DNA from: a virus
Taxonomy: Duplodnaviria > Heunggongvirae > Uroviricota > Caudoviricetes
Length of the DNA: 45,767 nucleotides
Reading direction: 5' to 3' (one strand)
Virus record (IMG/VR): IMGVR_UViG_2519103024_000003
Part shown: piece after piece, positions 9,632 to 19,382 of the stretch
Layout: every line of letters starts with the position of its first letter
How positions within the stretch are numbered: the stretch's first letter is position 1
Notes under the pieces: generated by a model
The model's database searches: none
Told to the model about the DNA's origin: nothing
Seen by the model: only the letters and a program-made list of their open reading frames with translations
Made by a program: the position numbers and the translations under genes

Positions 9632-11830
9632 NNNNNNNNNNNNNNNNNNNNNNNNNNNNNNNNNNNNNNNNNNNNNNNNNNNNNNNNNNNNNNNNNNNNN
9701 NNNNNNNNNNNNNNNNNNNNNNNNNNNNNNNNNNNNNNNNNNNNNNNNNNNNNNNNNNNNNNNNNNNNNNNNNNNNNNNNNNNNNNNNNNNNNNNNNNNN
9801 NNNNNNNNNNNNNNNNNNNNNNNNNNNNNNNNNNNNNNNNNNNNNNNNNNNNNNNNNNNNNNNNNNNNNNNNNNNNNNNNNNNNNNNNNNNNNNNNNNNN
9901 NNNNNNNNNNNNNNNNNNNNNNNNNNNNNNNNNNNNNNNNNNNNNNNNNNNNNNNNNNNNNNNNNNNNNNNNNNNNNNNNNNNNNNNNNNNNNNNNNNNN
10001 NNNNNNNNNNNNNNNNNNNNNNNNNNNNNNNNNNNNNNNNNNNNNNNNNNNNNNNNNNNNNNNNNNNNNNNNNNNNNNNNNNNNNNNNNNNNNNNNNNNN
10101 NNNNNNNNNNNNNNNNNNNNNNNNNNNNNNNNNNNNNNNNNNNNNNNNNNNNNNNNNNNNNNNNNNNNNNNNNNNNNNNNNNNNNNNNNNNNNNNNNNNN
10201 NNNNNNNNNNNNNNNNNNNNNNNNNNNNNNNNNNNNNNNNNNNNNNNNNNNNNNNNNNNNNNNNNNNNNNNNNNNNNNNNNNNNNNNNNNNNNNNNNNNN
10301 NNNNNNNNNNNNNNNNNNNNNNNNNNNNNNNNNNNNNNNNNNNNNNNNNNNNNNNNNNNNNNNNNNNNNNNNNNNNNNNNNNNNNNNNNNNNNNNNNNNN
10401 NNNNNNNNNNNNNNNNNNNNNNNNNNNNNNNNNNNNNNNNNNNNNNNNNNNNNNNNNNNNNNNNNNNNNNNNNNNNNNNNNNNNNNNNNNNNNNNNNNNN
10501 NNNNNNNNNNNNNNNNNNNNNNNNNNNNNNNNNNNNNNNNNNNNNNNNNNNNNNNNNNNNNNNNNNNNNNNNNNNNNNNNNNNNNNNNNNNNNNNNNNNN
10601 NNNNNNNNNNNNNNNNNNNNNNNNNNNNNNNNNNNNNNNNNNNNNNNNNNNNNNNNNNNNNNNNNNNNNNNNNNNNNNNNNNNNNNNNNNNNNNNNNNNN
10701 NNNNNNNNNNNNNNNNNNNNNNNNNNNNNNNNNNNNNNNNNNNNNNNNNNNNNNNNNNNNNNNNNNNNNNNNNNNNNNNNNNNNNNNNNNNNNNNNNNNN
10801 NNNNNNNNNNNNNNNNNNNNNNNNNNNNNNNNNNNNNNNNNNNNNNNNNNNNNNNNNNNNNNNNNNNNNNNNNNNNNNNNNNNNNNNNNNNNNNNNNNNN
10901 NNNNNNNNNNNNNNNNNNNNNNNNNNNNNNNNNNNNNNNNNNNNNNNNNNNNNNNNNNNNNNNNNNNNNNNNNNNNNNNNNNNNNNNNNNNNNNNNNNNN
11001 NNNNNNNNNNNNNNNNNNNNNNNNNNNNNNNNNNNNNNNNNNNNNNNNNNNNNNNNNNNNNNNNNNNNNNNNNNNNNNNNNNNNNNNNNNNNNNNNNNNN
11101 NNNNNNNNNNNNNNNNNNNNNNNNNNNNNNNNNNNNNNNNNNNNNNNNNNNNNNNNNNNNNNNNNNNNNNNNNNNNNNNNNNNNNNNNNNNNNNNNNNNN
11201 NNNNNNNNNNNNNNNNNNNNNNNNNNNNNNNNNNNNNNNNNNNNNNNNNNNNNNNNNNNNNNNNNNNNNNNNNNNNNNNNNNNNNNNNNNNNNNNNNNNN
11301 NNNNNNNNNNNNNNNNNNNNNNNNNNNNNNNNNNNNNNNNNNNNNNNNNNNNNNNNNNNNNNNNNNNNNNNNNNNNNNNNNNNNNNNNNNNNNNNNNNNN
11401 NNNNNNNNNNNNNNNNNNNNNNNNNNNNNNNNNNNNNNNNNNNNNNNNNNNNNNNNNNNNNNNNNNNNNNNNNNNNNNNNNNNNNNNNNNNNNNNNNNNN
11501 NNNNNNNNNNNNNNNNNNNNNNNNNNNNNNNNNNNNNNNNNNNNNNNNNNNNNNNNNNNNNNNNNNNNNNNNNNNNNNNNNNNNNNNNNNNNNNNNNNNN
11601 NNNNNNNNNNNNNNNNNNNNNNNNNNNNNNNNNNNNNNNNNNNNNNNNNNNNNNNNNNNNNNNNNNNNNNNNNNNNNNNNNNNNNNNNNNNNNNNNNNNN
11701 NNNNNNNNNNNNNNNNNNNNNNNNNNNNNNNNNNNNNNNNNNNNNNNNNNNNNNNNNNNNNNNNNNNNNNNNNNNNNNNNNNNNNNNNNNNNNNNNNNNN
11801 NNNNNNNNNNNNNNNNNNNNNNNNNNNNNN

Positions 11831-12099
11831 AAATCACTCTGCACCTGCAGCCGCCGGTCAGCCTCACTCAGCCAGGGCAGACCACCGGGATGACTGTGGA
11901 CCAGTGCCACAATCTCACCCTGCATCTCTGCCTGCAGCCAGTCCTCCGGAGCCATCCGGAAATAATCCTCCGGCTCACCGGAAATATTCACGCAGGGAAA
12001 ATATCTTTCCCCCTCCGGCGCTCTCACCACGAAGCCGCACGACTCCGCTGGCGCACATCGCCGGGCGTGCGCCAGAATCGCTGATTCTGTCTCTGTCAT
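11831..12099 (-). CDS. K: Tail assembly protein K, N-terminal part (JAB/MPN domain); rest masked
   Basis: MTETESAILAHARRCAPAESCGFVV...HSHPGG matches the lambda gpK N-terminus; the ORF continues into the N block. Confidence 0.85.
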
Positions 12100-12103
12100 G
12101 GGA

Positions 12104-12802
12104 TTACTGCGAAAGTTTGTTAATGGAAAGGAAGCCGCCAAAGTTGCCGACGTTATTGCGAAACTTACAGCCGCTCAGGCATTTGCTGCATTTATCCTTC
12201 GTGATATCGGACGTCGGCTGGTCATATTCATCCGCGACTGCCGGACCGTGATAACCGCACTCATCACCGCGATAGGTCCAGGTGCAGGTGTTGGCCAGCA
12301 TGATACGTCCCGGAAAAACAGCGCCGTCCGTTTCCGTCGGCGTGGACAGTACAAAAGAGGCACTCACCGCGCTCAGTTCGCTGCACTGCTCAATGCGCCA
12401 GCGGCTGATCACCTCCTGCTCCGGATCGGCGTCACTGTTTCCGTTGACGAAGTTCACCGCATCCAGAAAACGGGCGTAAACCTTACGCCGGACCACCGTT
12501 CCGCCGACCAGACTCTGCAGATCTTCCGCCATCCCGGTGACCATACCGTACAGGTTAGAAACCGTCAGTGTCGGACGGGCAGCACTGCCCTTGCCGTTCA
12601 GTTCAAATCCCGTCCCCTGAATGGGGTATACCTGATACTGCCGCCCCTGCCAGATAACCGGCTCACCTTTTTCGTTCTGCTCATTACAGAAAAAATAACG
12701 TTCACCACCGACCTCTGTCAGATCGATTTCCCAGAGCACCACCTGGGCTGACTGAGTGAGGCGTGTCGTCTCATGATGTGTTTCCTGTGGAATATCCTGC
12801 AT
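12104..12802 (-). CDS. L: Minor tail protein L
   Basis: 232 aa, closely resembles lambda gpL (VVLWEIDLTEVGGERYFFCNE...). Confidence 0.85.
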   Translation of the reverse strand: MQDIPQETHHETTRLTQSAQVVLWEIDLTEVGGERYFFCNEQNEKGEPVIWQGRQYQVYPIQGTGFELNGKGSAARPTLTVSNLYGMVTGMAEDLQSLVGGTVVRRKVYARFLDAVNFVNGNSDADPEQEVISRWRIEQCSELSAVSASFVLSTPTETDGAVFPGRIMLANTCTWTYRGDECGYHGPAVADEYDQPTSDITKDKCSKCLSGCKFRNNVGNFGGFLSINKLSQ

Positions 12803-12811
12803 CAGAGCCTC

Positions 12812-13141
12812 CTATGCCACGACCTGTTCAAAATCTGCCGTTATGGTTACCCACAGCGCCCCCACGCTTGCCGACCATTTACGACAAACCACCCTGATCG
12901 GTTTCCAGTCATAAGGTGGCGTCCACTGAAATGCACGGACGCCACCGTGCCGTTCCAGAAAGGCTTTTAAAGATGGGTGGTCACATTTACGAACACGTAT
13001 CGTCACGCTGTAAGTCGACAACTGGTTATTCAGTCCCGCCGCACGACGCTGTTCATAACCATCGCCCAGCTTCACTGTCACCACTTTCGGCTCTGATACC
13101 ACATTCATATCCGGGCGCACTTTCCAGTGAAACGTCTCCAT
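12812..13141 (-). CDS. M: Minor tail protein M
   Basis: 109 aa at the gpM position between H and L. Confidence 0.8.
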   Translation of the reverse strand: METFHWKVRPDMNVVSEPKVVTVKLGDGYEQRRAAGLNNQLSTYSVTIRVRKCDHPSLKAFLERHGGVRAFQWTPPYDWKPIRVVCRKWSASVGALWVTITADFEQVVA

Positions 13142-16100
13142 TACCGATATGCTCCACTTAACCGACCACCATCACGGGCCTGCTGTTGCATAAAGTCCGC
13201 TGCCGCTTTTTTCCCGAGGTCATAAACCGCCTTCAGGGCAGCCGGACCTATCTGCCCGTTCGTGCCATCGTTATTGATCTCGATGTTGTACTGCGGGGAA
13301 AACATCGCCATACCTGACCCCCCAATATCCGCCACAACCCCCAGCTTACCGTCAGCACCACGACGCAATGGCAGAATGGCTTCAGGTCCCGCTTCCCCCA
13401 TCACACCCGCGCCTTTTGCAAAAGCAAAAAACGTCGGACGGTTAACCACCGTGCCACTGTAACGACTCAAATCAGCAGACTGATAAATCCCCCCATTGGC
13501 ATTCAGGGAAAGGCTGCTGAGATCAAATCCCAGTACACTGCCAATCCCTTTTATCGATTTCATCATGGTTGCCTGCGCCAGGATTTTCGCCATATCTGAC
13601 AGCACAGAAGAGGTGAAGGATTTGAAATTGAGTTTGCCGGTAGTGACAAAAGTTGCCAGGCCATTTCCCATGTTGCTGAAGGCTGACGAGAACACCTGTT
13701 CTGCTGTTTCTGCCGTATTATCTGCATCCACGGTAAAATCCTGAAATGCACGCAGGACTCCGTTTTTCCAGTTACCCTGCACAACTTCAAGCTGTTGCCA
13801 GTAACGGCGATTCTCATTCAGTTGTCGGTTCAGGCTCTCCGTCAGCGCCTGCTCGGCCTTTCTGTAGTCATCCGTGTTATATGTCCCTTTCTGCTCACTA
13901 TCCCGCCTCAACTGCTCCAGCTGTTGCTGGTATTTCTGGCGAAGACTCAGTTGTACCTGATATCGCTGTCGCTGCTGATCACCCATACCCACCGTGGCGA
14001 TATCCAGGTCATGTTGCTGACGCTGAGCGCGCTCTTCTTCAGCCAGTTGACTGGTCAGCTGAATTGTTTTTTTCTTCAGCTCGTTGAGTGCCGTCTGTTT
14101 CTGAAGCTCCTGCTGTTTTACATCCAGCAGCGTCAGTGCCTGAATCAGTTCATCTTTACGGGCCAGCACACTCTTTTCATCTGCCGTCAGTTTTTTCCCG
14201 TCCAGATCGCTGATGCGCTGCTGCAGAGCCAGAAGCTGTTTATGCGCTTCTGTCATCTTTTCAGTGGCAATGCCTGCTGACTGTCTTGCAGCAGCAATCT
14301 GTCCTTCCACCTGTGCCTGTTGCTGACTGTACTGCAGCAATAACCGGGTGGCCTCATCATTACGGGTTTCGCGTGTTTTTTTCTTACCGGATGCCAGGGC
14401 TTTCTCGTAACGTTCATTTTCACGTTGTATCGCCGCATCCCTGACAGCCTGATCGGCGTACTGCATGGCATTAATACGCGCAATTTCACGCTGATGTCGT
14501 GCAGCTTCCGTTTCATTCATCCGGTTCAGTGCAGCATTTTCAGCATTACGGCGTTTCTGTTGCTCCTGATAATTCCGCTCTGCCTGCTCTTTTGCATCCT
14601 GCAAATCCTTCTGGCGTTTTTTCTCCTGAAGATCGTTAAGACGCTGCTGATCGTATTCAACCTGAGAAGATGATGCCGTCCAGGGGAGTCTTTTCGCCCG
14701 CGACACTTTCTCCTGCAAAGTGGCAATCTGCGCATCCAGCGAATCTTCACGACCAATATTCATGGCCGCATCCCAGAACTGCTTCCACCAGTCAGACAAA
14801 GTTTGCAGCGTACTGCCCAGCGCATTGAGGTTATTATCAATATCCGCAGTACGCCGACCGGTTTCCTCTGCCAGTGCAGACATGGCTATCCGTGCCGCAT
14901 CACTGGACCGCCCCTGCTCTCCAAGGACGCGTATCTGCTCAAGCTGAGTGGCAGTAAGAAAATGCAGCTCATTGTCCAGAGACTTCGCGGCATTTACAGG
15001 ATCATCCTTCAGCCGCTTAAACTGATTTATGGTATCGCTGACCGACTGGCCAACCGATCGCTCCATCTGTGCGGCAGCTCTCGCCACCATACCGATATCG
15101 TTTCCACGAAATGCACCACTCCCCACCACCTGAGCCAGCGCACCGGCTGCAGCATGTTGCGTGATACCATTCCCGGAAATAGCACGACTGAGCGTCCACA
15201 GCTGCCCGGCAGTGACTCCGGCATAATGCCCCGTCAGCGACAGCTGGCGGTTAAATTCTTCCCCCTCCTTCTGACCGTCATACCAGGCTTTACCCAGGCC
15301 ATAGACAGCCGCGGCAATACCGCCAATAACCCCGCCAAGCATCATGCCTTTCGGTGACATCAATGTGTCTATCCACCCGGCACGGTTAGCCAGCGTTATT
15401 CCGGATCCCCTCAGCGCACCTAAATTTCCGCGGGCCAGTTCACCTATCAGAACGCCTATCTCCTGACGGGCCGCTGCACTTTTCAGCCCCAGCGAATGCG
15501 TGGCTTTTCCTGCCTGCTCCATTTTGCGGATATACACTTCTGCAGCACTGCTTACCCCCAGCTGGGCAGCCTTGGCACGAAGCAACTCAGAAGAAGAAAG
15601 ATTCTGGCGGGTTGCCTGCTCTTTAAGCTGACGGATAAACGCCACTTTCTGTCGGGTAGCCTCTTCCTCAGCCTGTGTAAGAACACGGGTTTTCGCCGTA
15701 ACCTCAGAAATCAGCGCCAGATAATCCTGCTGACCAATCCCGCCACTGTTTCTGGCCTGTCGGATCTGCTGCTGAATACGCTGTAATTCCTGCAGACCCG
15801 CACTGGCCTGTTTCACACTGTCAATCTGACGATAAAACGCAGCAGCCGCTTTATCCTGAGCCTCCGCCAGAGCCATGGCCTGCGCCTGTTCCTCGCGCAT
15901 TTTCTGGCTCAGCGCCTCCATACGCTGGCGGGTTTTCTCCACCTCGCGGGCCATGCGTTCATGAGCCTGTGCGTTCTTCTCCACCGTCTGCGCATGGACG
16001 GATGCGGCTGTTGCAGCCGAAGACGCCGCCTGCGTTGTCTGCCGGGCGGCCTGAGTCTGACGCTCCATAAAACGCTGCATACGGGCAGAAGACCGTTCTG

Positions 16101-16206
16101 CATCGCTGGCTGCACCATTCAGAAGGTTTTTGATACGGGGGATTTCATTTTTAAACTCTGCCGCATCAATCCCCAAATCAATGACCAGGTTGGCTATCTG
16201 GTCCAT
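13141..16206 (-). CDS. H: Tail tape measure protein (gpH-like)
   Basis: About 1020 aa, coiled-coil-rich, Gly-rich segments; ATG at 16206 preceded by GGAGGTG. The ORF-track start at 16236 is a TTG. Confidence 0.85.
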   Translation of the reverse strand: MDQIANLVIDLGIDAAEFKNEIPRIKNLLNGAASDAERSSARMQRFMERQTQAARQTTQAASSAATAASVHAQTVEKNAQAHERMAREVEKTRQRMEALSQKMREEQAQAMALAEAQDKAAAAFYRQIDSVKQASAGLQELQRIQQQIRQARNSGGIGQQDYLALISEVTAKTRVLTQAEEEATRQKVAFIRQLKEQATRQNLSSSELLRAKAAQLGVSSAAEVYIRKMEQAGKATHSLGLKSAAARQEIGVLIGELARGNLGALRGSGITLANRAGWIDTLMSPKGMMLGGVIGGIAAAVYGLGKAWYDGQKEGEEFNRQLSLTGHYAGVTAGQLWTLSRAISGNGITQHAAAGALAQVVGSGAFRGNDIGMVARAAAQMERSVGQSVSDTINQFKRLKDDPVNAAKSLDNELHFLTATQLEQIRVLGEQGRSSDAARIAMSALAEETGRRTADIDNNLNALGSTLQTLSDWWKQFWDAAMNIGREDSLDAQIATLQEKVSRAKRLPWTASSSQVEYDQQRLNDLQEKKRQKDLQDAKEQAERNYQEQQKRRNAENAALNRMNETEAARHQREIARINAMQYADQAVRDAAIQRENERYEKALASGKKKTRETRNDEATRLLLQYSQQQAQVEGQIAAARQSAGIATEKMTEAHKQLLALQQRISDLDGKKLTADEKSVLARKDELIQALTLLDVKQQELQKQTALNELKKKTIQLTSQLAEEERAQRQQHDLDIATVGMGDQQRQRYQVQLSLRQKYQQQLEQLRRDSEQKGTYNTDDYRKAEQALTESLNRQLNENRRYWQQLEVVQGNWKNGVLRAFQDFTVDADNTAETAEQVFSSAFSNMGNGLATFVTTGKLNFKSFTSSVLSDMAKILAQATMMKSIKGIGSVLGFDLSSLSLNANGGIYQSADLSRYSGTVVNRPTFFAFAKGAGVMGEAGPEAILPLRRGADGKLGVVADIGGSGMAMFSPQYNIEINNDGTNGQIGPAALKAVYDLGKKAAADFMQQQARDGGRLSGAYR

Positions 16207-16507
16207 AACGCACACCTCCGGAAATACCTTCCCCAAGATGCATCAGTTCTTCGTCCGTTCGCTCCGGTATCCCGTTCTCTTCCGGTAAAAGGCTGAAATC
16301 AGCCACCGCAGCATCACTGCTGCCGGACACCATTCTCACGATCAATGCCTTCAGCGAGGCAAACTGCGCATCCATCCACACATCACTGAAGCTCTGCATC
16401 CGGAAATAATCGCCCCACTCACCAAGCTCAGTGGCCGACATTTCCGACAGCATCCGCCGCCAGTCTGCCCGCCGGAACTCCCGGGCAAGCCGCATGACAA
16501 ACTGCAT
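16178..16507 (-). CDS. T: T-frame segment of the tail assembly chaperone (G-T frameshift product)
   Basis: ORF in the -1 frame overlapping the 3' end of G, at the lambda G/T position. Confidence 0.55.
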   Translation of the reverse strand: MQFVMRLAREFRRADWRRMLSEMSATELGEWGDYFRMQSFSDVWMDAQFASLKALIVRMVSGSSDAAVADFSLLPEENGIPERTDEELMHLGEGISGGVRYGPDSQPGH

Positions 16508-16515
16508 TTCCCGCG

Positions 16516-16905
16516 TCAGGACTTTTCCGGCGTCAGCGCCTCATGCTCATCATCCCCGGCATTATCAATGGCCCCCATACCGCTCAGCGACAGAACCATC
16601 TCCGCCCCCGCACCCAGGGCATCATACGACCATGTTGTAATAACGGATGCGCAAAGCGTCTCTACATCCTTAGACTGATCCGCATTCCACAGTGAGCGGG
16701 AAACCAGCCAGGCATTGATATCCATCCCCATCCGCAGAAAAGCAATCTGTCGTTCAGCCTCCGGCAGTTCTCCCTCACCGGCATCAAACTTTGCCGTTCG
16801 CTGCTGAACAAACGCCAGATATTCAATTCTCTGCAACCCGGACAGCTCACTGAGCACCACGGACTGTTTTTCATAATTAAACGTGCCCTGTTTCAGAAAC
16901 ATCAT
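16516..16905 (-). CDS. G: Tail assembly chaperone G
   Basis: C-terminus ...LSLSGMGAIDNAGDDEHEALTPEKS resembles lambda gpG; start ATG at 16905 with an SD. Confidence 0.75.
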   Translation of the reverse strand: MMFLKQGTFNYEKQSVVLSELSGLQRIEYLAFVQQRTAKFDAGEGELPEAERQIAFLRMGMDINAWLVSRSLWNADQSKDVETLCASVITTWSYDALGAGAEMVLSLSGMGAIDNAGDDEHEALTPEKS

Positions 16906-16915
16906 GTTCTCCACC

Positions 16916-16942
16916 TGCAAAAAAGCCCCGGATAACCGGGGC
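16916..16942 (-). terminator. Hairpin/terminator-like element between V and G
   Basis: gccccgg-ataa-ccggggc hairpin followed by a T-run on the minus strand. Confidence 0.45.
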
Positions 16943-16962
16943 AAATGATGAGTATCGTCCTG

Positions 16963-17706
16963 TTAACCTGCGGCGCTGACAGTCACCGCAGCCACAGCCA
17001 CAAAATTCCCGTCAGCGGTCATGCCCACAATGCTGACACTGCCCTGCTTCACGCCTTTCACCGTGGCCACAAGCCCGTTCAGGGTCACCGTGGCAGTCTG
17101 TGGATCTGACGAATGCACACTGATCGCTTTGTCACTGGCTCCGTCAGGTTTTACTGTAAAGGTCAGCGTGGTGGTTGCTCCCACTTTTACACTGGCAGAT
17201 GCCGGTGCCACCGTCAGCCCGGTAACGCTCACTGTTTCAGTGCCTTCCTCTGCCAGATACGGACGCCCCACACCGCTGATTTTCACAGTGCGGGTCATCA
17301 CGTCTTTTGAGGCAATGGTTTTACCCAGTGAACTCAGCCAGCCACGGAAAACATCAACAGTACCGTTGGGATATTTGATACGAAACGCGCAGACTTCACC
17401 GGAGTCGAACAACTGAACCAGTTTTTTCTGCCCGCTGTCACCCGGACGCCAGGCCAGCGTCGCCGAAGTATCACCGACTGATTTCTGCCCCTGGGTTGTC
17501 GTTTTCCAGTCTGCATCTTCATCATCGAGATAAGTATCATCTTCTGCATCAGCGGTCATTTCGCCAGGTTGCAGATCCTTCACCATCGCAAGACGCAGCC
17601 AGTCAGTGTCCGACAAAGGGTTCGCAAATGCGTCGCCGTTGCCGGTATACATCCAGAACGTCGTCCCCGCACCTTTCGTCTTTGCCAGTGGATTTGGTGT
17701 GGTCAT
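16963..17706 (-). CDS. V: Major tail protein V with C-terminal Ig-like domain
   Basis: Resembles lambda gpV (KGAGTTFWMY...NGTVDVFRGW); ATG at 17706 preceded by AAGGAGGTG. Confidence 0.9.
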   Translation of the reverse strand: MTTPNPLAKTKGAGTTFWMYTGNGDAFANPLSDTDWLRLAMVKDLQPGEMTADAEDDTYLDDEDADWKTTTQGQKSVGDTSATLAWRPGDSGQKKLVQLFDSGEVCAFRIKYPNGTVDVFRGWLSSLGKTIASKDVMTRTVKISGVGRPYLAEEGTETVSVTGLTVAPASASVKVGATTTLTFTVKPDGASDKAISVHSSDPQTATVTLNGLVATVKGVKQGSVSIVGMTADGNFVAVAAVTVSAAG

Positions 17707-17716
17707 TGCCACCTCC

Positions 17717-18118
17717 TTAATTCGTGTACGTGATCTGGTACGTGATTTCCGCCATCGCCCAGGTGGCCATCTCATTATCACGTTGATAGTTAAAACCGAG
17801 TGGGATCAGGGTGTCGATGAGTCCGGAAAGTGCCGGTACATCATTCAGGGCCGGGAAAATGGTGCTCTCCATCCACATATCCAGCTCTGAATCCGGTGCC
17901 TGTGCCCGGATGAAGACAGCAATATGCAGAACAGCCTGCCAGTCATCTTCATCCGTCATTTTTCCGGTGTACTGAGCATCACTCAGCCACACCGCCACGG
18001 CAGGCAGTTCCTGCGCATCAACAAATGCCGGAAGCCCGTCAAAAAACGTGGCGCTGTCTCCACACTGTTCCCGAAGGCGTGCCAGTACGACCTGGCGGAT
18101 TTGTGTATGTCGGTTCAT
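17717..18118 (-). CDS. U: Tail terminator protein U
   Basis: Resembles lambda gpU (ATFFDG..PAVAV...DSELD.WMES); start overlaps the Z stop (ATGA). Confidence 0.8.
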   Translation of the reverse strand: MNRHTQIRQVVLARLREQCGDSATFFDGLPAFVDAQELPAVAVWLSDAQYTGKMTDEDDWQAVLHIAVFIRAQAPDSELDMWMESTIFPALNDVPALSGLIDTLIPLGFNYQRDNEMATWAMAEITYQITYTN

Positions 18119-18693
18119 CGGGTCAGCCATAACCTCAGTTGTTGTTTCAGTGCATACCCCAGCTGTTTCGGCATTTCCGCAGCAATGATGCGGTCGCGGG
18201 CATCTTCAAATGCCTGTGTCAGCGGTCCGGACAGCGGGATTTTCACCACATCAATGGGGTAACGATTTTTGCCATCAATACGCCGCATCACATGCCAGCG
18301 ACCATTCGCCAGTTGCTGAATAAACGCATCCCGGAAAAGATATTTACCCACCTTCAGCACACTGCCACGGTACTGCAGTTTTCCACCACGCCGGGCCAGT
18401 CTGACCCGGGCTGTCCCCAGCTTAATGGCGGGAAGATTGCCCCGGTTAACGCGGATCCTGGCCGTCATTTTTCCTGACGGACTGGCTTTAAACACCCGGA
18501 CACGCTGACGTACCAGTTTCAGGGGGATCCCTTTCACCTGGTTATCTCCCGCAACGGTATTCCCGGCAACCTGCCGGGTGGCAACCGAGACCGCTTTCTG
18601 TGCCACACGGTTTATCGCCCATGCGCTGGCCTGTGGCACCATACGGGTATCAAGGCTGTTCAGATTGCGGATGGCATTCTCAAGCCCCTTCAT
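18115..18693 (-). CDS. Z: Tail completion protein Z
   Basis: Resembles lambda gpZ (NGRWHVMRR..GKNRYPIDVVKIP). Confidence 0.85.
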   Translation of the reverse strand: MKGLENAIRNLNSLDTRMVPQASAWAINRVAQKAVSVATRQVAGNTVAGDNQVKGIPLKLVRQRVRVFKASPSGKMTARIRVNRGNLPAIKLGTARVRLARRGGKLQYRGSVLKVGKYLFRDAFIQQLANGRWHVMRRIDGKNRYPIDVVKIPLSGPLTQAFEDARDRIIAAEMPKQLGYALKQQLRLWLTR

Positions 18694-18704
18694 CCCACAC
18701 CTCT

Positions 18705-18980
18705 TTACTCAATAAAGATCATTGGCTTACCGTTAAAGCGTTCATGCCGTGTGACCGTCCATTGTTGTCCGTCATAAACAACGCGATCCCCGCGCCGTGG
18801 GCGGTATCCCGAAGAAAACACCACCAGAGAGACCGCAGGTCCGGACAGAGCATTCAGCTCTGCCAGTGTTTCTCCCGGGATCACAGCCATATCGACATCA
18901 TTAATCGAGGCTGTCTTTCCCATCTTTCTGACCGTGATCGCATCCATACGCGCTGCCAACCGGGAAAAGGGATCAGACAT
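18705..18980 (-). CDS. Head-tail joining protein (gpFII-like)
   Basis: 91 aa at the FII position with FII-like pattern (RRGD...). Confidence 0.6.
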   Translation of the reverse strand: MSDPFSRLAARMDAITVRKMGKTASINDVDMAVIPGETLAELNALSGPAVSLVVFSSGYRPRRGDRVVYDGQQWTVTRHERFNGKPMIFIE

Positions 18981-19296
18981 TGAGTTTTACCGGCACTTCT
19001 TCTGCACTGGTTCCGGCATCTGCCCAGACAACCCCGACCAGCGGCTCAGAGCCGCTGTTAGTCAGCTGAACTTTTCCTGACTTCAGATAAACCTTCTTAC
19101 CCGTTTTCATGTCATCCGTTTTCAGCTTAGGCAGCATAAACACACCTTCGGTTATGCCGTCGCCTGTTTCTCCCTGTGGAATATCGGTCAGCGCCACCGC
19201 AAAAACATCCCCCACCTGCACCAGATCTCCGCTGCTGATGGCTGCACTGGCAACAATCGCCACCGTTTTTCCTTCTTCTACAAAATTCTTTGCCAT
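18973..19296 (-). CDS. Small head-associated protein (DUF2190-like)
   Basis: About 107 aa starting MAKNFVEEGKT..., immediately after the capsid gene. Confidence 0.5.
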   Translation of the reverse strand: MAKNFVEEGKTVAIVASAAISSGDLVQVGDVFAVALTDIPQGETGDGITEGVFMLPKLKTDDMKTGKKVYLKSGKVQLTNSGSEPLVGVVWADAGTSAEEVPVKLNV

Positions 19297-19382
19297 AACT
19301 GTCTCCGCACAGCCCCGTTCAGGGGCTGATTTCAGGTACAAAAAAAGCCCTTACGGGCCATCAGAGTTGTTGTCTGCGACGT

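Noticed and set aside
9632-11830. N-masked block covering the end of K, the expected I gene and the start of J
   Set aside because: Nothing can be read; gene I is inferred only from lambda synteny and is not listed as a feature.
8146-12084. Plus-strand ORF of 1312 aa and other long plus-strand ORFs across the tail region (e.g. 8885-9316, 12098-12751)
   Set aside because: Antisense to clearly recognisable tail genes J, K and L; low-complexity Arg/Pro/His-rich translations; the long ORF is bridged by translated N runs.
13262-16118. Multiple short ORFs on both strands inside the tape-measure gene
   Set aside because: All lie within the long tape-measure reading frame and have low-complexity translations typical of alternative frames.
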